Below, piece after piece: positions 47,608 through 55,497 of a DNA stretch of 55,497 bases; position 1 is the stretch's first letter; each line of letters opens with the position of its first letter. Under the pieces are notes generated by a model. The model searched no databases, was not told where the DNA came from, and saw only the letters and a program-made list of their open reading frames with translations. The position numbers and the translations under genes are program-made. The stretch covers positions 1-55,497 of the forward strand of contig BPTO01000002.1 in NCBI GenBank assembly GCA_023705985.1. Direction: 5' to 3'. The DNA is from Candidatus Heimdallarchaeota archaeon. Lineage in GTDB: Archaea; Asgardarchaeota; Heimdallarchaeia; Heimdallarchaeales; Heimdallarchaeaceae.

Positions 47608-50600
47608 TTATTTTTTAGCCATTGCTTTTCGTAATTCTTTTATTGATTCATAAGGTTGGTTAATAGCTAGCGTAAATTCTACCACAGCTTTTTCTTTAGG
47701 TTTCAAATCAAATAAAGAAATCATGAAATTCATTATTGTTACTTGAGCATCAAATATTGTATTAGAACCATGAAAGCCATCCGGACATATGAAATCTAAA
47801 GATTTAGAATTTTTTGTAATTCTCACCCATGGTTCATCTGGATTAGCGTGACCCATAAACGGTTTCAACACTCTATTTCTTGTCCATGTTTTTAGTCCTC
47901 CTGGAACATGAATTACATTATCTTCTACATCTCCTTGCATGCATATATCAGCTAACAAGGCTGCAATACTTCTAATACGCCTTGAAGAAGTGTTATTGCA
48001 TTCATATTTGATGCGAACTAAATTAGAATCAGGTAAAGTAAAATAGCTCAGTGAAATTTCCTGTCCTTTTAGATGCTCAGATTTTGAAATTATCCATGTA
48101 GATTTGATTCCTTTCCATTCTCCATCTTCAACTATTTCAGCTTTTGTTTTTTCAGGTTCTGAGAATGGGTTATCCTCGTTCATCCAGAAAACTAAAGGTT
48201 GAATCCCACCGATGAAATGATCGATGAAGAATTTTGGTTGAATTTTTGGAAAATTGTCATCAAAGTATGTGGTACTCTCGTTATCTTCAAGTTTTATTAA
48301 ATTACCTCCAAAAAACTTAGGAACACTGAATTGGAGAGCTCCGTTTTTAACTAAATAGATAGGTTCTCCTTCTATCTCACACTCTTCAATTGCTACATCA
48401 TTTTTTCCTTTAAGGACTATGGGAATTTCAAAGTTAAGTTCATATTCACTAATAAAACGTAAATTTAACATATCTATAGCTTTTATTGTATTAATTTGAG
48501 GAGTGAGTTCTATCTCAATTGGAATAGGAACGTTAGGTGTTGGTTGGGGTATGGATATCATACTTTTATTGTCTCCTGAGGTTTTGAAACCACCATTCCA
48601 TCCTTTTGGAAGTACTAATTTTAATTCCCCTGCAAATGGATAGGGAGTTTCAAAAACTAATTCTATGATTTTTGATACTGTAATGCCTTTTTCTAAGATG
48701 TTAGAACCCTTCAGTCTAATTTCAATAGGTTGGACAGTTTTTACTCCAAACATTCTCTCTTCATCGGGTATTTCTTTACAATTAACAAATTGATTCCATC
48801 GATTTCTTACATCCTGTATCGAAGTGTATGAATGCCCAAACCATGTATGAACTACTTCTAGAGTTTCATTCTGTTCTAACATCTTTGACTCACTTTCAAG
48901 ATTATCAAGGATGCCTTTAGTTACTTTAACTTTTGATATATTATCAGGTTTCCAGAACCATGCAGCAAAAGATGCCTCCCCCAGATACTCTCCTGCTGTC
49001 CAGGTTTCATGCCAATCTTTCGATTCTATCGGAACCAAAGTGTCACTCATTACGGGTAAAGTTGGGTCACACTCAATATACTTGTTATTCACAGGCGTAA
49101 TGACTCTTGCATAGTTTCCGAAGGGATTAACGTTAAGTCCTTGTGGAACACCGGTTGAAAATCTTCCTCCCGCAGCTAACCCACTATCAGATATGTTAGT
49201 CAACTCAATCCAATGTTCAAATTCACGAATTCCGGGTGTTACTTTAACAAATTTCTGAATCTTAAGACCCTCAACTTTCCTACTTTTAGCATGTAATTCA
49301 AGAGTGATTTCATTTCCTTCCTTTACTTTTTTATAGTCAAATTTCAAAGTTCTATCCAAATCTAAACCAAAAGGGGGACCTATCTGAAAAATGGATCTTA
49401 CTTGACCACCTTCTAGATTTCTTCGTGCAAAGGTCATATTTCCACCTTCAAGAAATACCTCTATTGACCAAAAATCAGTGAGAAGTGTTATTCTTTCTTC
49501 ATTTTGTCCTTCTATTACTTCTGCTAAGTTCGTTATATCTGCAACAATTGGTATCTTATATTCTGGCATTATGTGGTAAGAATCGGAAATCTTTATTGCT
49601 GGTTTAGCTAAAATAGTGAATACTGTCTGATGCGGTTTCACAGGAATTGTGATTGGAATATCTATTCCTGTTATTTCTTCTGGTTCTAAATTGAACTCTA
49701 CTGTTTTACTTCCCTCTTTGATACCATCTATTTGGATATCAACTTTACCTTCAATTTTTTTATTACTGTGATTAAATAAATCAAGATAAACAATTTTTTC
49801 TGTTCCTACAGGAGCTACTTCATACTGGAAGTCACTTGTCAGTTTTACAGCAGGTTTAATTTTTCCACCTGTTAACAGTTCTAGATTATATTTTTCAAAT
49901 GAAATTGATGTTCTTATTACTTCAGAACCTCTTTGATTTGATTTAAATTCAGTAGCAGTGTTATCAACAATAAACTCTCTGGATATTTCTACATCTTCTC
50001 CATTCTTAACGGTGATAGATTGCGGAAATTCCTCTTTCCATGTTAAACCTTTAAATGGAGTAATAGACAATGCAAAACTAATATCTTCGCCTAAATCATT
50101 ATTAATTGTGATTGTCATGGTATTGCTAATTCCCATCAAAATTTCGTGTGATTCCAGCCTAGTTTTTATTGAAATAGCTTTACCATCAAGAACGCGTGTA
50201 ATGCTTGTAAACCCCCATCCATAACGGTCAACTTCTGCAGTTAATTTATCATCATCAACTTCAAAGATATAAGTATAAAGTTCCATTTTGTCGACAATGT
50301 ACTTATCAGGTGCTTGGGTTAGTTCTCTTTTAAAACACCCATACCAATCTTGATGTTTTTCAAACCATTCCACTGCAAGAGGCGTTTGTAATAACCCTGG
50401 AATGAAATCTTGCATATATACACTTGTTTCAGGAACCCAATACAAGCCAACTTTTTTGTAAAGCGGCATGGCTTCCATGTTGCCTGACCAGGTATAAAGA
50501 TCGACACGTTCTCTGCCATTATTTTTAGCGACTTCAAGCGCTTTTAAGAGCAGTCTTTTACCAAATTTCTTTCCTTGAACTCGTGGAATAACTCCTAATA

Positions 50601-50859
50601 TGGTAATATAGGCTGCCTTTTCATCTCGCCAATGAGGGTATAGACCGCAGTAACCCACGGGCACTCCTTCTTGGTCAACAGCTACCAAGTCCGCGATTGC
50701 AGATGTTTTATCTAACCACTCTTTCACTCTTTGTTCTGTATAAGGAATTCCTCCACCGAATCCACCTAACCATAATTCATTAAATGCATTAAACATATCA
50801 GCACATTCACTGGCCATTACTGGGTCGTAAACAGTGATTTTTCCCCATTCTTCACTCAT
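47608..50859 (-). CDS. Large cytoplasmic protein: an N-terminal GNAT acetyltransferase domain fused to about 900 aa of unassigned beta-rich sequence
   Basis: GNAT motif A: YITILGVIPRVQGKKFGKRLLLKALEVAKNNG. No signal peptide or TM segment. The rest has no motif I recognise. Confidence 0.6.
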   Translation of the reverse strand: MSEEWGKITVYDPVMASECADMFNAFNELWLGGFGGGIPYTEQRVKEWLDKTSAIADLVAVDQEGVPVGYCGLYPHWRDEKAAYITILGVIPRVQGKKFGKRLLLKALEVAKNNGRERVDLYTWSGNMEAMPLYKKVGLYWVPETSVYMQDFIPGLLQTPLAVEWFEKHQDWYGCFKRELTQAPDKYIVDKMELYTYIFEVDDDKLTAEVDRYGWGFTSITRVLDGKAISIKTRLESHEILMGISNTMTITINNDLGEDISFALSITPFKGLTWKEEFPQSITVKNGEDVEISREFIVDNTATEFKSNQRGSEVIRTSISFEKYNLELLTGGKIKPAVKLTSDFQYEVAPVGTEKIVYLDLFNHSNKKIEGKVDIQIDGIKEGSKTVEFNLEPEEITGIDIPITIPVKPHQTVFTILAKPAIKISDSYHIMPEYKIPIVADITNLAEVIEGQNEERITLLTDFWSIEVFLEGGNMTFARRNLEGGQVRSIFQIGPPFGLDLDRTLKFDYKKVKEGNEITLELHAKSRKVEGLKIQKFVKVTPGIREFEHWIELTNISDSGLAAGGRFSTGVPQGLNVNPFGNYARVITPVNNKYIECDPTLPVMSDTLVPIESKDWHETWTAGEYLGEASFAAWFWKPDNISKVKVTKGILDNLESESKMLEQNETLEVVHTWFGHSYTSIQDVRNRWNQFVNCKEIPDEERMFGVKTVQPIEIRLKGSNILEKGITVSKIIELVFETPYPFAGELKLVLPKGWNGGFKTSGDNKSMISIPQPTPNVPIPIEIELTPQINTIKAIDMLNLRFISEYELNFEIPIVLKGKNDVAIEECEIEGEPIYLVKNGALQFSVPKFFGGNLIKLEDNESTTYFDDNFPKIQPKFFIDHFIGGIQPLVFWMNEDNPFSEPEKTKAEIVEDGEWKGIKSTWIISKSEHLKGQEISLSYFTLPDSNLVRIKYECNNTSSRRIRSIAALLADICMQGDVEDNVIHVPGGLKTWTRNRVLKPFMGHANPDEPWVRITKNSKSLDFICPDGFHGSNTIFDAQVTIMNFMISLFDLKPKEKAVVEFTLAINQPYESIKELRKAMAKK

Positions 50860-51039
50860 GATCTCATCATTCTTTATTTCTAATCAATTCATAAATGACC
50901 ACTCATTTTAAAATTGCCGAAAAGAAGTGACCACTATTTTATCTTGACTGGAATTTTTCTTAAAATATTCAATTCACCCGTTCTATATATAATTGACCAT
51001 TTATTGTATTTCTGGAAAATAGAAGATACCATTTTTTCT

Positions 51040-51930
51040 TCAGTATTCATGGAATGTTCCTTTATGTTGTATCCTCTTGTAGATTGATTTGAATAATATT
51101 TGGAAAACTACAAAGAGAACTACTGAACCTGCTATAAGAACCAATAGAGCATGCCATACTATGGAATCAGTTACTATTCCTTGTCCAAATAAACAGAAAC
51201 GGATAGCCTTGACTACTTGCGTAAGAGGAGATATTTGTGCTATCGTTCTCAACCAATTTGGAAAAACGCTCAAAGGAAACAAACTTCCACTTAATAACAA
51301 TAAAACCCCAATAATAACCATGGAGATCTCCCTTCCTCTTTTAATCAAAACAGTAAATATTGCTCCTACAAGTGCTAAAGCAGTAAAAAAAGCAAATGTG
51401 AAAAACAGTAATAATAAAATTGTTAATGATGAAGAGAATGTTACTGAAACGTCTCTTAAAAGTGGAAAAATGAAAAAAACCGGTATATAATAAACAATGT
51501 TTAAAACAAGGGTGTAGACCACTTCTGCAAAGGTTTCCGCATATACATACTTCTTCAAACCAAACTGTGTTGTGATTAAAGCTTCAAAGGTACCTTGTCT
51601 CATTTCGCTTTGAAAAGAACCTAGAGTACTTGTGATTGTTTTAGCGGTTATTTCAACAATAATTATACCAACAAAAATAAAAGAAACACTAGAGATTCTA
51701 TATCCATCATTTTCTATTATTCCACTTTCTATAAGTAAAGAAACAAAGTAGTATAGGGACACAACTGTTAATGTGCTAAGAAATCCTTTGATCAGCAGGA
51801 ATCTATACTGCCAGATGATTTTAATATTTCGTTTTAATGTCTGAAGGAATCCACAAAAAAATGAGTTTGAAGAGTTGGGAATCTTAGAATCAAACGTTTT
51901 TCTAACTTGTTGTATGATTTTAGTGCTCAC
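51040..51930 (-). CDS. ABC-2 type transporter permease
   Basis: Six hydrophobic helices. Its start overlaps the stop of the upstream permease gene. Confidence 0.6.
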   Translation of the reverse strand: MSTKIIQQVRKTFDSKIPNSSNSFFCGFLQTLKRNIKIIWQYRFLLIKGFLSTLTVVSLYYFVSLLIESGIIENDGYRISSVSFIFVGIIIVEITAKTITSTLGSFQSEMRQGTFEALITTQFGLKKYVYAETFAEVVYTLVLNIVYYIPVFFIFPLLRDVSVTFSSSLTILLLLFFTFAFFTALALVGAIFTVLIKRGREISMVIIGVLLLLSGSLFPLSVFPNWLRTIAQISPLTQVVKAIRFCLFGQGIVTDSIVWHALLVLIAGSVVLFVVFQILFKSIYKRIQHKGTFHEY

Positions 51931-52790
51931 TAATAATCATCCACTGATCCTTTGATTTTTGAATTTCTTATACTAATTTTTGTCAGAATCCAAGATATAT
52001 ATCCAACTATTATAGTAAAACCTAACAAGAATAAGGCATTTAGAAGAACTATCGTAAAGTCTTCTCCCGGATTGAAAATCACCATTTGCATAGATTGAAG
52101 CCCATACGTCAAGGGAAGAATTTTCGAAATAAATAATGGGAACCCGCTTAGAAGTGCTATCGGGAAAACAACTCCAGAAAAAGTTTTTGTCAATTGATAG
52201 ATCAACGAAACAAGACCACTATCTTTTTTGTACCAAATTATGAAAGCACTAAAAAGCATCGAAATTGTGATGTGAGAGATTATTAGTAAGATTAGAAGAA
52301 GGAAAATCATAATTATTTGAAACAAAGAAAAAACTATTTGCAATCCAAGAAAAATTTGTGATACAATAAGTGCTGCTACAATAGAAAAGGAGGAAAGAAA
52401 AGCACCTGCCAGAGCTGTACCAATCGCATATTCAATAAAATTGAAGTGCAATAAAGTATGTGACCACGTTCCTGTAAGTATTTCTTGGTGGATACCTCCG
52501 TTTACAGTTGATAGTGTAGTTCCTATCAGCATTTGTAACGAGAGCCCAATAAACACAAATTCAAAATAAGCTGCATTAATACCAAAAACACTTAGATTTG
52601 GATTTAGTTTACCATAAAAAAAGTAAATAAAAATAGTAACCAAGTTAAGAAGAACTACCATTAAGTAGCTACTTTTGTAATTTAGAGCCATTTTAACTCT
52701 GGTGATAAAAATTGCTTTAATCCGTGTGAAAAAGGAGCTATAAGCTGTAGGATGACTGAACGAGTTCAAAACCTGATTAATAGTTGCCAT
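51930..52790 (-). CDS. ABC-2 type transporter permease
   Basis: Six hydrophobic helices. It begins 2 nt after the stop of the ATPase gene. Confidence 0.6.
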   Translation of the reverse strand: MATINQVLNSFSHPTAYSSFFTRIKAIFITRVKMALNYKSSYLMVVLLNLVTIFIYFFYGKLNPNLSVFGINAAYFEFVFIGLSLQMLIGTTLSTVNGGIHQEILTGTWSHTLLHFNFIEYAIGTALAGAFLSSFSIVAALIVSQIFLGLQIVFSLFQIIMIFLLLILLIISHITISMLFSAFIIWYKKDSGLVSLIYQLTKTFSGVVFPIALLSGFPLFISKILPLTYGLQSMQMVIFNPGEDFTIVLLNALFLLGFTIIVGYISWILTKISIRNSKIKGSVDDY

Positions 52791-52792
52791 TA

Positions 52793-53821
52793 TTACTCCA
52801 CCATTTCAATAGGAATCGAAAGAATAGTCTCTTTCTCTTGTTCCTCTTTGATTTTAAGAAAAGCAAGAAAAGACTCCTTCAAGCTAGGTATGAAGGGAGC
52901 TATCTTGAAAACCTTCCCTCCACGCTCTAAAATCAAAACTGTAATTAAGGAAATTGTTTCATTCAAAGGATAACGTTCGGCTTGTATTTGAGCTTCATAT
53001 GAATTTACGTAATTTGTGCTCTCAACTAGACGGATAATTTTGGCATGGGCTACTTGACGAATTATTTCACTAAATATTTCCTTTTGAAAATTAGGTACGG
53101 AAAAAATAACATCTACAAGTTCTTGAGATGCTACTTTCTTAAATGCAAAGGGGGCACAATCTTCAACCATTTTACCTTGATCGATTAATATGATTCTTCT
53201 TGTTAGCGCATCAATTTCTGAAAAATTATGGCTAGTTAATAGAATTGTTGTCCCAAACTCTTTATTAAAATCTGTAAGTAGATTTTTAGTTTTTTCAGAA
53301 GAAATAGCATCAAACCCTAGTGTGGGTTCATCCAATAAAAGAACTTGAGGTAAAGGAATTAGCGATCTAATGAGTACTACTTTTGCCTTCATTCCCGTAC
53401 TAAGTTTCATTACAAGCGTTTTTCTTTTTTCTTCTAAATCAAAATACTTCAATAAAGAAGCAATTCTGTTTTGAGCTTCTTTTTTTTGAACACCTGCTAG
53501 AGTAGCATAAAATCTTAGATTATCCTCAATAGATAATCTGTAATAAAGACTCCTTCCACCACTCTCACCGAAAGCTGTACTGATTATTTTTCTTATTTTT
53601 TTATCCTCTGTTATTGGAATATCATTGATGTAAGCTTCTCCAGAGGTTGGTAAAAGTAATGTTGAGAGGATCTTAGTAAGTGTCGTTTTTCCAGCTCCAT
53701 TTGGTCCAAGCAATCCTAGAAATTCGCCTTGCTTAATTTTGAGTGATATATCATCTAACGCATGTATTTTTCTCCCTCGTTTATTGAAAGACTTGGATAC
53801 ATTGTGAAGCTCTATACTCAT
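52793..53821 (-). CDS. ABC transporter ATP-binding protein (ABC-2/CcmA-like) with a C-terminal accessory domain
   Basis: GPNGAGKTT, LSTGMKAKV and VLLLDEPTLGFD. Confidence 0.85.
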   Translation of the reverse strand: MSIELHNVSKSFNKRGRKIHALDDISLKIKQGEFLGLLGPNGAGKTTLTKILSTLLLPTSGEAYINDIPITEDKKIRKIISTAFGESGGRSLYYRLSIEDNLRFYATLAGVQKKEAQNRIASLLKYFDLEEKRKTLVMKLSTGMKAKVVLIRSLIPLPQVLLLDEPTLGFDAISSEKTKNLLTDFNKEFGTTILLTSHNFSEIDALTRRIILIDQGKMVEDCAPFAFKKVASQELVDVIFSVPNFQKEIFSEIIRQVAHAKIIRLVESTNYVNSYEAQIQAERYPLNETISLITVLILERGGKVFKIAPFIPSLKESFLAFLKIKEEQEKETILSIPIEMVE

Positions 53822-53942
53822 TTCATGAATTATTTAATTCCAAACTATTTAAAACCCGCAAAAACCTTATTTCACCTTAAAAACCTGCTATCAAAAACAC
53901 TATTTCTTCATGTCTTAGAAACTTAAAGAAAAGGTTGTCAGG

Positions 53943-54635
53943 TTAATTTTTTTCTAAGGGCTTTTTAAGCTCGTTATAAATTAGGTTAACTCGTTCGTAA
54001 AATCCTTTTGTATGATAAGTGCTTGATAATTTCAACTTATATTTGTCATAATGATGCGCCCATTCATGAATTAACGTCCTCAAAAAAGTCTTAGGAGCTA
54101 CATATTTTTGCGTTTTAGCTGTTCTACTATATACTGAAATTGATGAATGTTTATTTTCTTCTCCTCTTGTTCTATGTACACCATAATATTGATTCCCACT
54201 TCTTGTTAATCTTCGCTTTCCACCTGTAAATACTGGCAATGAGGGAAGTTTATATTCAGCATTTAGTTCCTCTATAACATTATTTGAGTATTGTTTTATC
54301 GTGATATTGTCTTCACTTTTTAACGCCCTTGCAAGCATTTTTACAGTTGTTTGGAATGATATTAACGTGTTCTTAGAAGGTAAATTGATTTCAGTATTGT
54401 TTGATTTTTTATAATCTCTATTCTGCTCTTTTGTCCATTCTTTATTTGTATAAGAATTCTTTTTCATGTTTTTTTTCAGAGGAGGTTTAATTTTTGGGGT
54501 TAACAATTGGTAAGGTACTCTAAATAGAATCTGACCATTAACAATGACTGTTACTGTTTTCCGATTCAATCGTTTGATTATCCCTTCTATGTTCTCTCCT
54601 CTATAAGGAAAACTAACGTTTTTTTCTGAATCCAT
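53943..54635 (-). CDS. SprT-like zinc metalloprotease-motif protein with a basic N-terminal half
   Basis: LIHEWAHHYDKYKLKLSSTYHTKGFYERV gives HExxH plus a downstream His in an H-x-x-G-F context, as in SprT/Spartan-type minigluzincins. The linker is Lys/Arg/Asn-rich. Confidence 0.5.
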   Translation of the reverse strand: MDSEKNVSFPYRGENIEGIIKRLNRKTVTVIVNGQILFRVPYQLLTPKIKPPLKKNMKKNSYTNKEWTKEQNRDYKKSNNTEINLPSKNTLISFQTTVKMLARALKSEDNITIKQYSNNVIEELNAEYKLPSLPVFTGGKRRLTRSGNQYYGVHRTRGEENKHSSISVYSRTAKTQKYVAPKTFLRTLIHEWAHHYDKYKLKLSSTYHTKGFYERVNLIYNELKKPLEKN

Positions 54636-54778
54636 AGTTTATCTATATCCTTATTTGAGAAGTAGTGCTTTCCTTTCTATTAATGTCTGTAATTTCCTAG
54701 TAATATAATCTTTAGTGGTTTTTCTGCCAATTTTCCGATTCTATTAGCGATGAAATAGCATTTGTTTTCTTAAACTTT

Positions 54779-55081
54779 CTAGAACTTAAGATTGTGATGA
54801 GCATGTGCTTCTGAATTATCTTTGAGGTAGATTACGATATCAATTCGAAATGTTCCCCATCCTCTTGCACTGAAAGCAAACTTTGTGTCACGGTTTGTTA
54901 CAACTTGAATCGGATCAGGAAAGCTTGGATGTAAGTGGTACTCGACTTTATCAACTGAATCCAGTTTAGTATCGTCTTCATCCATATAAATTGTCCATTC
55001 ATACCACGTGTAGTCTCCTCTAGAGATGTTAGGCAAGGATTTTGCATCATTGTTAAATTTGAATTCTATTTGTTTATTCAT
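54779..55081 (-). CDS. Stand-alone YEATS-like domain protein
   Basis: YEWTIYMDEDDTKLDSVDKVEYHLHPSFPDPIQVVTNRDTKFAFSARGWGTFRIDIVIYLKD aligns motif-for-motif with eukaryotic YEATS (W.v.v...V.KV.FHLHeSFp.P.r.v..pPf...e.GyagF.i.i.iyfk). Confidence 0.7.
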   Translation of the reverse strand: MNKQIEFKFNNDAKSLPNISRGDYTWYEWTIYMDEDDTKLDSVDKVEYHLHPSFPDPIQVVTNRDTKFAFSARGWGTFRIDIVIYLKDNSEAHAHHNLKF

Positions 55082-55497
55082 AGCTTTTTCACCTTTTTTA
55101 GAATTTTATTGACTTTAAATGGACGTGTTGTCCACTTTTTTACATTACCATTATCATCCGGCATTTCAACAAGTGTAACATCAATTGAGTCTGAATAATC
55201 AACAATCAAAGGGGAACTTGGATGATTCAACGAAAGAACCCAGTTTCCGAAGTCGTCTGTAATATTAGCCCTTCCATTATATTTATTTTCTTGTACGTTG
55301 TCACGAACTAGCATTGTACATTTATCAACATTGAGATCTACAATATTAGGAAAATCAAAACCAATGATAAATGGTGTTTTAGGGTTAAAGACTTCAGATT
55401 TCTTCCATAAAAGAAGTCCAAAAACAACTATGAGTAAACCTATTAGCGCCAATCCACCAATTACAACTTCAATATGGTCTCTTCCTAAAGCAATAAG
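55078..55497 (-). CDS. Single-pass membrane protein with a beta-rich extracytoplasmic or unknown domain; possibly 5'-truncated by the window edge
   Basis: The hydrophobic helix LALIGLLIVVFGLLLW is followed by about 100 aa. The frame is open to nt 55497, and the stop overlaps the YEATS start (ATGA). Confidence 0.5.
   Translation of the reverse strand, partial: LIALGRDHIEVVIGGLALIGLLIVVFGLLLWKKSEVFNPKTPFIIGFDFPNIVDLNVDKCTMLVRDNVQENKYNGRANITDDFGNWVLSLNHPSSPLIVDYSDSIDVTLVEMPDDNGNVKKWTTRPFKVNKILKKVKKL

Overview
This is an AT-rich archaeal chromosome segment. The AT-richness together with eukaryote-like domains suggests an Asgard/Loki-like lineage, but that is inference only. The backbone is housekeeping: Rrp42, L37Ae, a Brix protein, Pcc1, RFC large subunit, a purine PRTase, ferredoxin, a geranylgeranyl reductase, Rpo10, uS2, mevalonate kinase, isopentenyl phosphate kinase, L7Ae, S28e, L24e, NDK, aIF5B, TiaS, Cdc48 and Hsp20. 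Interspersed are accessory blocks. One is a visibly GC-richer patch with an orphan family-5 solute-binding protein and a roughly 1 kb IS481-like element whose transposase is frameshifted and which is flanked by a 17-bp direct repeat. Others include an ABC ATPase fused to an AbrB-like domain and a zinc ribbon, an orphan EutA, a GGT, an APH(3')-like kinase, a TetR gene with repeated operator-like sites, a CE4-like/FkbH-like/membrane cluster, tandem MBL paralogs, and a 1083-aa GNAT fusion next to an ABC-2 exporter. Three features are absent from or misrepresented in the ORF track. They are an intron-containing initiator tRNA-Met (24927..25046, which falsifies the start of ORF 25001), a 56-aa histone-fold-like (DUF1931-type) gene at 29476..29646 (-), and a k-turn-like hairpin over the L7Ae ribosome-binding site. 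The most unusual items are a stand-alone YEATS-like reader domain in a co-directional module with a membrane protein and a SprT-like metalloprotease (53943..55497, cut by the window edge), and a Dna2/Cas4-type nuclease-helicase with a C-terminal RING/PHD-like zinc finger. No CRISPR array or rRNA was seen. All functional calls come from motif recognition by eye, and no database search was run.
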